Assembly: GCA_963676795.2 (NCBI GenBank)
Contig: CAXXTB010000002.1
Location: forward strand, 2,418,629 to 2,482,628
Reading direction: 5' to 3'
DNA: 64,000 nt
Source of the DNA: Geopsychrobacteraceae bacterium
GTDB lineage: Bacteria > Desulfobacterota > Desulfuromonadia > Desulfuromonadales > Geopsychrobacteraceae
Made by a program: the position numbers and the translations under genes
The notes under the pieces: model-generated
Told to the model about the DNA's origin: nothing
The model's input: the letters and a program-made list of their open reading frames with translations, nothing else
The model's database searches: none
In this document: one piece after another, positions 46,745 to 64,000 of the stretch
Position numbering within the stretch: position 1 is the first letter of the stretch
Layout of the letters: each line of letters opens with the position of its first letter

Positions 46745-46760
46745 TGGCAAGAATATTGCA
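46745..46760 (+). promoter_or_regulatory. sigma54 (-24/-12) promoter of lpxC
   Basis: TGGCAAGAATATTGCA has exact GG-N10-GC spacing, 40 bp upstream of the ATG; IHF-like TTTCAACAACTTG at 46716-46728. Confidence 0.75.
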
Positions 46761-46800
46761 TTAGTTTTATGTACCACACTTAAATGATTTGGACAGCACC

Positions 46801-47730
46801 ATGATTTTGCAACGTACAATTGAAAAAGCGGCAACAATTTCCGGCATCGGCCTGCATACCGGTTCACGTATCACCCTGAAGATACGTCCGGCTGTTGCTA
46901 ATACCGGTGTCATCTTCCATCGTACCGCAGGTGATACCACGGTCTCGATCAAAGCTTGCTCCGAAAATGTCGTTGATACCCGCATGGCGACAGTCATCGG
47001 CAAAAGCGGCTTGTCAGTATCGACCATCGAACACTTCATGGCGGCACTCGCTGCACTGGGAATTGACAACCTGCATATCGATATCGATGGTCCGGAGATT
47101 CCGGTTCTCGATGGCAGCGCAGCTCCCTTTATCCGGGAAATCCAGCAGGCCGGTATCAAAAACCTGGAATGCAGCCGTAAATATATCGCGATTCGCAAAC
47201 CGCTGGAGATTATCGAAGGGGAAAAACGGATCAATATCATCCCATCCCGCTTCTTCCGGATTTCATTTGATATCGCATTCGACCATCCGGCCATTGCGCT
47301 GCAGAACTACAGCATGAAATTCACGACCGACAACTTTGTCAAAGAGATTGCCCCAGCCAGGACCTTTGGCTTCCTTCACGAAGTCGAGTTTCTCAAGGCC
47401 AATGGTCTTGCGCGTGGAGGTTCACTCGAAAATGCCGTCGTCATCGATGAAAAAGGGGTAATGAACCCTGAAGGATTGCGTTACGCCGATGAATTCGTCC
47501 GCCACAAAATCCTTGATGCCTGTGGCGACTTCAACCTGCTCGGCGCTCCGCTTCTCGGCCATATCCGTGCCTTCAAGGCTGGGCATGACCTGAACGCCAA
47601 AATGGTGCGCATGATCGAGGAGAACCCTTCCCACTGGACCTATGTCGAATTCAGTGAGCAGGCCGTTCAGGAAGCAATGCGTGTCAATGCCAAATCGTTT
47701 GCCATCGACCTGGCATGGCATAAGGCTTAA
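46801..47730 (+). CDS. lpxC: UDP-3-O-acyl-N-acetylglucosamine deacetylase
   Basis: QRTI...GIGLHTG, TIEHFMAAL, PVLDGSA, ARTFGF, GGSLENA, RHKILD, AGH. Confidence 0.96.
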   Translation: MILQRTIEKAATISGIGLHTGSRITLKIRPAVANTGVIFHRTAGDTTVSIKACSENVVDTRMATVIGKSGLSVSTIEHFMAALAALGIDNLHIDIDGPEIPVLDGSAAPFIREIQQAGIKNLECSRKYIAIRKPLEIIEGEKRINIIPSRFFRISFDIAFDHPAIALQNYSMKFTTDNFVKEIAPARTFGFLHEVEFLKANGLARGGSLENAVVIDEKGVMNPEGLRYADEFVRHKILDACGDFNLLGAPLLGHIRAFKAGHDLNAKMVRMIEENPSHWTYVEFSEQAVQEAMRVNAKSFAIDLAWHKA

Positions 47731-47751
47731 AGAGTTTCTATGTCATTCTTT

Positions 47752-47780
47752 AAAAGCAGCCCACGGGCTGCTTTTTTTTT
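47752..47780 (+). terminator. intrinsic terminator after lpxC
   Basis: AAAAGCAGCCC-AC-GGGCTGCTTTTTTTTT. Confidence 0.85.
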
Positions 47781-47852
47781 CATGAGCTTCAGACTTGTGT
47801 TGTCGGCAATCATCCAATAGAATCGCTATTTTAAATTCTTTCTCAGGTTTCA

Positions 47853-50090
47853 GTGATGCCCCAGGATAATCAGGAAATAGCCGCCCGGCCCAAATCCGCC
47901 AGACGTAAACGCGGCGTCCTGCTGATTATTTTCATTCTGATTCTGTTCTTTCTGCTCCCCTCCTTTGAAGGAAAACTGTTTGAACTGACATCCCAGCTGC
48001 CGATCAGCAACAGTATTATTGCCCTGGTCGTCATCAATCTTAACATCCTGCTGGTTCTGCTCTTTCTTTTTCTGATCTTCCGCAACCTGTTCAAACTGAT
48101 TCTGGAACGAAAACGCGGCGTCCTCGGGGCAAAACTGCGCAGCAAACTGGTCGGCGCCTTTATCGCCCTGTCGATAGTCCCGACGATACTTCTCTTCTTT
48201 GTCTCTGCCGGTTTCATCAGCAGCAGTATCGACAACTGGTTCAACACCCAGGTCGAACAAGCTCTCGATGAATCATTGAGTGTTGCCCAGACCTACTACC
48301 GCAACTCAGAGGCCAATGCGCTTTACTATGCCGACCAGCTCAGCTACCGGATAAAAGCGGCAAAGCTCCTCAATGAAGAAAACCTCCCGGAACTTCGCAA
48401 GCTGATCAAAGAAAAGCAGGAAGAGTACAATCTTGGAATTGTTGAAGTCTTCTCGGCCACCCACGAAGAGCTGGTTCGTGTCGCCAATCCAAAACTGCCG
48501 ATTATCGAGATCACCACGGCAACCTCAGATCCCGTACGCGAGGGACTTCAGGGGGTACGCTTTTCCCAGATTACCCCGGTCGGCCAAGCCGACCTGATCC
48601 GCGGCATAGTTCCGATTCAATCCAACTGGAACCCCAAAGACATCGTCGGTGTCGTCGTCGTCAATTATTACGTTCCCTACTCTCTCATCAACAAAATGAA
48701 GGAGATTTCTGCGTCGGTCGATCAGTACAAACTCACCCGCTCGATCAAGGGGCAGATCCAGCAGTTCTATCTGATCGTTCTGCTCCTGCTCGTACTGGTC
48801 ATTTTCTTTCTGGCGACCTGGTTCGGTTTTCACCTTGCCCGGGGGATCACCGTACCGATTCAGGAACTGGCAACCGCGACAACGAAGGTTGCATCCGGTG
48901 ATCTCGATATTCATCTGGAAACACAGAGTACCGATGAAATAGGTACCCTGGTCAACGCCTTCAATAAAATGACCGAGGATCTGCGCCAGGGACGTTTAAA
49001 CGTCGAAATCGCCAATCAGGAGCTGCAGAACTACAACCTGGAACTCGACCGACGCCGCAACTATATGGAAATTGTCCTCGAGAACGTAACAGCAGGGATC
49101 ATCTCCATCGACCGCCAGGGACACCTGACCAGTGTCAACAAATCTGCAGAAAAACTGATCCATATCAAAGCGGACAAGGTTCTTGGCAAGGATTTCCGCC
49201 AGGTCATCCCAGCAACCTACATGCCGCAGATCATGGACCTGTTCAAAGAGTTGTTCTACTCTGAAAAAGGCACGATTCGCCAGCAGATGACGATTCCGAT
49301 CGGCAACGACAAGATCACTCTGATGATCAACATGGCAACCCTGCGCGACAATCAGAACAATTTCCTTGGCACAGTTATCGTCTTCGACGACCTGACCCAA
49401 CTGATCAAGGCCCAGAGAATGGCGGCCTGGCGCGAGGTTGCCCGCCGGATTGCCCATGAAATCAAAAATCCGCTGACGCCGATACAGCTCTCAGCACAAC
49501 GTCTGCGCCGCCGCTACCTCGACCGGTTCAACGATGATGACAAGGTCTTTGACGACTGCACAAAAATGATCAGTAATCAGGTTGATGAGCTCAAAAATCT
49601 GGTCAATGAATTCTCCAACTTTGCGAGGATGCCGGCCACCAAACCAACCGACAACAACCTCAATGAAGTTGTCTCTGAGTGCCTGCTGCTTTACGAGGAA
49701 TCGCACAAGAACGTGCAGTTCATCAACAAACTGGATTCCGGCATTCCCAATACCAGGTTCGACCGCGAACAGCTCAAACGCGTCATCATCAACCTGCTGG
49801 AGAATGCTGTCGCCGCAATCAGCGGCGCAGGAACGGTTACACTGGAAACAACCTACAATCAGGAACTGCGCATCATCACGCTGACCATTGCGGACACCGG
49901 CTGCGGCATTCCGGCAGACGACAAACCTCGCCTTTTCGAACCCTATTTCTCTACCAAGAAAACAGGCACCGGACTCGGCCTGGCGATCGTCTCGACGATT
50001 ATCTCCGACCATAACGGCTATATCAGGGTCAGAGACAATTCGCCTCAGGGCTCGATCTTCATTGTCGAACTGCCGGCCACCGAGGCCTAA
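47853..50090 (+). CDS. NtrY-like sensor histidine kinase (TM, HAMP, PAS, HisKA, HATPase)
   Basis: SIDNWF, HAMP (DEIGTLVNAFNKMT), AWREVARRIAHEIKNPLTPIQLSA, GTGLGL. Confidence 0.9.
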   Translation: MMPQDNQEIAARPKSARRKRGVLLIIFILILFFLLPSFEGKLFELTSQLPISNSIIALVVINLNILLVLLFLFLIFRNLFKLILERKRGVLGAKLRSKLVGAFIALSIVPTILLFFVSAGFISSSIDNWFNTQVEQALDESLSVAQTYYRNSEANALYYADQLSYRIKAAKLLNEENLPELRKLIKEKQEEYNLGIVEVFSATHEELVRVANPKLPIIEITTATSDPVREGLQGVRFSQITPVGQADLIRGIVPIQSNWNPKDIVGVVVVNYYVPYSLINKMKEISASVDQYKLTRSIKGQIQQFYLIVLLLLVLVIFFLATWFGFHLARGITVPIQELATATTKVASGDLDIHLETQSTDEIGTLVNAFNKMTEDLRQGRLNVEIANQELQNYNLELDRRRNYMEIVLENVTAGIISIDRQGHLTSVNKSAEKLIHIKADKVLGKDFRQVIPATYMPQIMDLFKELFYSEKGTIRQQMTIPIGNDKITLMINMATLRDNQNNFLGTVIVFDDLTQLIKAQRMAAWREVARRIAHEIKNPLTPIQLSAQRLRRRYLDRFNDDDKVFDDCTKMISNQVDELKNLVNEFSNFARMPATKPTDNNLNEVVSECLLLYEESHKNVQFINKLDSGIPNTRFDREQLKRVIINLLENAVAAISGAGTVTLETTYNQELRIITLTIADTGCGIPADDKPRLFEPYFSTKKTGTGLGLAIVSTIISDHNGYIRVRDNSPQGSIFIVELPATEA

Positions 50091-50108
50091 AATTTCAGGG
50101 AGCAACCT

Positions 50109-51476
50109 ATGAAAACAATACTCGTTGTAGATGACGAAGATAGCATCCGCCAGAGCCTTGAGGGGATTCTCGAGGATGAGGGGTTTGAATCAGCCTTTGC
50201 CTCGACTGGTGAAGAATGTCTGGCAAAGATATCAAGTGAGGATCCGGATCTGGTTCTACTCGATATCTGGATGCCTGGCATCGACGGTCTGGAAACCCTG
50301 AAAAGAATCAAAAAAAGCCGACCACAGCAACTGGTCATAATGATGAGTGGACACGGCACCATAGAAACCGCAGTGAAAGCCACCCAGCTTGGGGCCTACG
50401 ATTTCATCGAAAAACCACTATCACTGGAGAAGGTGCTGCTGTCGATCCAAAATGCCCTGCAAGTTGGCCAACTGGTCGCAGAAAACATCGCCCTCAAGGA
50501 AAAAATCAGCCGTGATTACCAGATGATCGGTGACAGTCCCGTGATTCTCCATCTCAAAAAACAGATCAGCATTGCCGCGCCGAGTTCCGGCTGGGCTCTG
50601 ATTACCGGAGAAAACGGCACAGGGAAAGAACTGGTCGCCAGGGCTATCCACCAACAGTCGTCAAGAGCGGACAAGCCGTTCATCGAGGTCAACTGTGCGG
50701 CGATCCCGGAAGAACTGATCGAATCTGAACTGTTCGGCCATGAAAAAGGTGCTTTTACCGGAGCGACTGCGGCAAGAAAGGGGAAATTTGACCTCGCCAA
50801 TGGCGGAACGCTATTCCTTGACGAAATCGGTGATATGAGCCTGAAGACCCAGGCAAAAATTCTGCGGATATTGCAGGAGCATAAATTCGAGAGGGTTGGA
50901 GGAAACAGAACCATCGAAGTCGATGTTAGGGTCATTGCGGCAACAAACAAGGACTTAGAGGAAGAAATTCAGGAGGGAAACTTTCGCGAGGATCTCTATT
51001 TTCGTCTCAATGTTCTTCCCTTCGTTGTACCGCCACTACGCAACCGCAAGGAAGACATCCCGAGGCTCTGTCAGCACTTTCTCAAGGTATTCTGCAGCAA
51101 GGAAAGTCGTGAACCAAAATCGATAACTGCAGATGCCATGCGGGCCCTAATCCAGTACAACTGGCCCGGCAATGTCAGAGAGCTTAAGAACCTGATTGAG
51201 CGCCTGGTTATCATGACACCTGAAAAAGAAATCCAGTTTTCGGACCTTCCCCACAGCATTAACAAAGGACAGGTCACAAAAGCAGCGGTCGATGAACTGG
51301 TTCAGGATGAACTTCCGGACTCGTACCGGGAGGCCAAGGAACTATTTGAAAAGAAATTCTTGTATGAAAAGCTGAAGAAGAACAACTGGAATGTCTCGAA
51401 GACAGCTGAGGATATCGGCCTGGAACGCTCAAATCTGCACCGTAAGATCAAAACCTACGGTATTGAACCCCAGTAA
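50109..51476 (+). CDS. NtrX-like sigma54-dependent response regulator
   Basis: Receiver (LDIWMP), GENGTGKE, ESELFGHEKGAFTGA, WPGNVREL, C-terminal HTH. Confidence 0.92.
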   Translation: MKTILVVDDEDSIRQSLEGILEDEGFESAFASTGEECLAKISSEDPDLVLLDIWMPGIDGLETLKRIKKSRPQQLVIMMSGHGTIETAVKATQLGAYDFIEKPLSLEKVLLSIQNALQVGQLVAENIALKEKISRDYQMIGDSPVILHLKKQISIAAPSSGWALITGENGTGKELVARAIHQQSSRADKPFIEVNCAAIPEELIESELFGHEKGAFTGATAARKGKFDLANGGTLFLDEIGDMSLKTQAKILRILQEHKFERVGGNRTIEVDVRVIAATNKDLEEEIQEGNFREDLYFRLNVLPFVVPPLRNRKEDIPRLCQHFLKVFCSKESREPKSITADAMRALIQYNWPGNVRELKNLIERLVIMTPEKEIQFSDLPHSINKGQVTKAAVDELVQDELPDSYREAKELFEKKFLYEKLKKNNWNVSKTAEDIGLERSNLHRKIKTYGIEPQ

Positions 51477-51548
51477 CCCCCAACACCATCGCCCCTTGTT
51501 CAATCGAGCAGGGGGCGCTCAACAGATAAACATTCGGTCCCCAAACAG

Positions 51549-51584
51549 AAAAAGCCCCCTGACTCGAATGAATCAGGGGGCTTT
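51549..51584 (-). terminator. terminator of the distal rRNA operon
   Basis: AAAGCCCCCTGA...TCAGGGGGCTTT with an A-run on the plus strand. Confidence 0.8.
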
Positions 51585-51591
51585 CAAATAA

Positions 51592-51708
51592 TTTCGGCGG
51601 CGACCTACTTTCCCACATAGTCTCCCATGCAGTATCATCGGCGCGGTAGGACTTAACTTCTGTGTTCGGGATGAGAACAGGTGTGACCCCTACGCTATAG
51701 CCACCGAA
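51592..51708 (-). rRNA. rrf: 5S rRNA (copy 1)
   Basis: Plus strand CGGCGGCGACCTACTTTCCC...CTTAACTTCTGTGTTCGGGATGAGAACAGGTG. Confidence 0.95.
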
Positions 51709-51828
51709 AACCTTAAATCGGTTTTCAATCGCGTACGACCTATATACTAGATATTGTCTTTTTGTCGATAACTTTCAAGGGGGAGCGGGGGAGCTTTTGC
51801 TCCCCCTTCCCTATTAAAAAACTTTTTA

Positions 51829-54778
<2,950 letters not shown>

Positions 54779-54927
54779 TAAATAGTCTTTTACTAAGTTT
54801 ATGCTTAGCCTTTACTTGTTATCGCTTTGCTTGACATAAACATAAGTCATCACAACTTATATCTATGATTTTCTAAATCTAGTATGTCGTATGCAATTGT
54901 CAAAGATCGAATAATTCTCTACAGATA

Positions 54928-55003
54928 TGGTGGAGGTGAACGGGATCGAACCGATGACCTCCTGCTTGCAAGGCAGGCGCTCTCCCAACTGAGCTACACC
55001 CCC
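54928..55003 (-). tRNA. tRNA-Ala(TGC)
   Basis: GGGGGTGTAGCTCAG...TTGCAA...TCCACCA in the ITS. Confidence 0.96.
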
Positions 55004-55012
55004 ATAATAATC

Positions 55013-55089
55013 TGGTGGGCCAGGGAGGACTTGAACCTCCGACCTCACGATTATCAGTCGTGTGCTCTAGCCAGCTGAGCTACTAGCCC
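55013..55089 (-). tRNA. tRNA-Ile(GAT)
   Basis: GGGCTAGTAGCTCAG...CTGATAA...CCCACCA in the ITS. Confidence 0.96.
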
Positions 55090-55247
55090 ACTTCCACACA
55101 GTATCTGTGCAAATTCGATGTCAAAGAACACAAAACCTCTTCTTGATAAAGAGGCCTAGTCTCTCAAAACTAAATAGCAGAGTTAGAACTTGTAAGTTTG
55201 CTTTTAAGTAAGCGTCTATCTCACTCTTTCGAGTGGATGAGCTCCTT

Positions 55248-56782
<1,535 letters not shown>

Positions 56783-56912
56783 ATATCTGAAGTTTTTTAA
56801 ATCCTAGTTTTGTTCAATTTGACTTGAACCCTTACAAGCTCTTTAAAACGTCTGCTATTTAGTTTTCAAAGACCAGCTTTTTTGCCCCGCCGGAGCGAAG
56901 CGACAAGCAAGG

Positions 56913-57040
56913 ACTCTATCCAAATCACCCTTCCCTGTCAAACTCTTTTTTAACTTTTTCTGCAACGCTACCAAGCAACCAGTTCCTGGCTTTCTCAAGC
57001 AGCGGAGCGACTTTATAGCCAATCGCTTCGGCTTCGTCAA
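56913..57040 (-). promoter_or_regulatory. tandem rrn promoters P1/P2 (copy 1)
   Basis: TTGACG-N17-TATAAA (57040-57012) and TTGACA-N17-TAGAGT (56941-56913), A-tract UP-like elements, boxA-like GGTCTTTGAAAAC near 56862-56874. Confidence 0.8.
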
Positions 57041-57078
57041 TACTTTTTTCAAAGTTTTTTTGACGTCTTTTTTGGCGC

Positions 57079-57112
57079 AAAACAAAGCCCTGATCTTTTT
57101 CAAGATCAGGGC
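57079..57112 (-). terminator. terminator after 5S copy 2
   Basis: GCCCTGATCTT-tttc-AAGATCAGGGC, followed on the minus strand by TTTGTTTT. Confidence 0.8.
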
Positions 57113-57121
57113 CTCAAATAA

Positions 57122-57238
57122 TTTCGGCGGCGACCTACTTTCCCACATAGTCTCCCATGCAGTATCATCGGCGCGGTAGGACTTAACTTCTGTGTTCGGG
57201 ATGAGAACAGGTGTGACCCCTACGCTATAGCCACCGAA
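57122..57238 (-). rRNA. rrf: 5S rRNA (copy 2)
   Basis: Same sequence as copy 1, offset 5530. Confidence 0.95.
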
Positions 57239-57358
57239 AACCTTAAATCGGTTTTCAATCGCGTACGACCTATATACTAGATATTGTCTTTTTGTCGATA
57301 ACTTTCAAGGGGGAGCGGGGGAGCTTTTGCTCCCCCTTCCCTATTAAAAAACTTTTTA

Positions 57359-60308
<2,950 letters not shown>

Positions 60309-60457
60309 TAAATAGTCTTTTACTAAGTTTATGCTTAGCCTTTACTTGTTATCGCTTTGCTTGACATAAACATAAGTCATCACAACTTATATCTATGATT
60401 TTCTAAATCTAGTATGTCGTATGCAATTGTCAAAGATCGAATAATTCTCTACAGATA

Positions 60458-60533
60458 TGGTGGAGGTGAACGGGATCGAACCGATGACCTCCTGCTTGCA
60501 AGGCAGGCGCTCTCCCAACTGAGCTACACCCCC
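60458..60533 (-). tRNA. tRNA-Ala(TGC) (copy 2)
   Basis: Same as 54928-55003. Confidence 0.96.
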
Positions 60534-60542
60534 ATAATAATC

Positions 60543-60619
60543 TGGTGGGCCAGGGAGGACTTGAACCTCCGACCTCACGATTATCAGTCGTGTGCTCTAG
60601 CCAGCTGAGCTACTAGCCC
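60543..60619 (-). tRNA. tRNA-Ile(GAT) (copy 2)
   Basis: Same as 55013-55089. Confidence 0.96.
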
Positions 60620-60777
60620 ACTTCCACACAGTATCTGTGCAAATTCGATGTCAAAGAACACAAAACCTCTTCTTGATAAAGAGGCCTAGTCTCTCAAAAC
60701 TAAATAGCAGAGTTAGAACTTGTAAGTTTGCTTTTAAGTAAGCGTCTATCTCACTCTTTCGAGTGGATGAGCTCCTT

Positions 60778-62312
<1,535 letters not shown>

Positions 62313-62442
62313 ATATCTGAAGTTTTTTAAATCCTAGTTTTGTTCAATTTGACTTGAACCCTTACAAGCTCTTTAAAACGTCTGCTATTTAGTTTTCAAA
62401 GACCAGCTTTTTTGCCCCGCCGGAGCGAAGCGACAAGCAAGG

Positions 62443-62570
62443 ACTCTATCCAAATCACCCTTCCCTGTCAAACTCTTTTTTAACTTTTTCTGCAACGCTA
62501 CCAAGCAACCAGTTCCTGGCTTTCTCAAGCAGCGGAGCGACTTTATAGCCAATCGCTTCGGCTTCGTCAA
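62443..62570 (-). promoter_or_regulatory. tandem rrn promoters P1/P2 (copy 2)
   Basis: Same as 56913-57040. Confidence 0.8.
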
Positions 62571-62608
62571 TACTTTTTTCAAAGTTTTTTTGACGTCTTT
62601 TTTGGCGC

Positions 62609-62642
62609 AAAACAAAGCCCTGATCTTTTTCAAGATCAGGGC
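62609..62642 (-). terminator. terminator after 5S copy 3
   Basis: Same hairpin as 57079-57112. Confidence 0.8.
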
Positions 62643-62651
62643 CTCAAATAA

Positions 62652-62768
62652 TTTCGGCGGCGACCTACTTTCCCACATAGTCTCCCATGCAGTATCATCG
62701 GCGCGGTAGGACTTAACTTCTGTGTTCGGGATGAGAACAGGTGTGACCCCTACGCTATAGCCACCGAA
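62652..62768 (-). rRNA. rrf: 5S rRNA (copy 3)
   Basis: Same sequence as copy 1, offset 11060. Confidence 0.95.
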
Positions 62769-62888
62769 AACCTTAAATCGGTTTTCAATCGCGTACGACC
62801 TATATACTAGATATTGTCTTTTTGTCGATAACTTTCAAGGGGGAGCGGGGGAGCTTTTGCTCCCCCTTCCCTATTAAAAAACTTTTTA

Positions 62889-64000
<1,112 letters not shown>

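Overview
Chromosomal window from a moderately GC-rich deltaproteobacterium, probably Desulfuromonadales (inferred from gene content and order, not from a database match). 1-15.1 kb: a ThyX-like gene (5' end outside the window), an ErcA/ErcS-like alcohol dehydrogenase plus hybrid kinase pair, SPFH/NfeD, small proteins (including a 56-aa Cys-rich ORF absent from the ORF track), DUF4139, CsaA, an ABCD/YddA-type transporter, a truncated hybrid kinase, terB-mnmM-mlaA-mlaC and bamD. 15.2-32.3 kb: a 16-gene MSHA-type type IVa pilus cluster on the minus strand, interrupted by two palindromic miniature elements. 32.4-51.5 kb: housekeeping genes (xerC, yjbQ, DUF362, nifU-like, yebC-ruvCAB, a 762-aa unknown, queH, phasin-like/ubiB, lpxC behind a sigma54 promoter, ntrY/ntrX-like) and a third palindromic element. 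51.6-64 kb: at least three apparently identical head-to-tail rRNA operons (16S-Ile-Ala-23S-5S, minus strand) with a 5530-bp period. No CRISPR array, prophage or transposase was seen. Product calls rest on motif recognition by eye, and rRNA ends are approximate.
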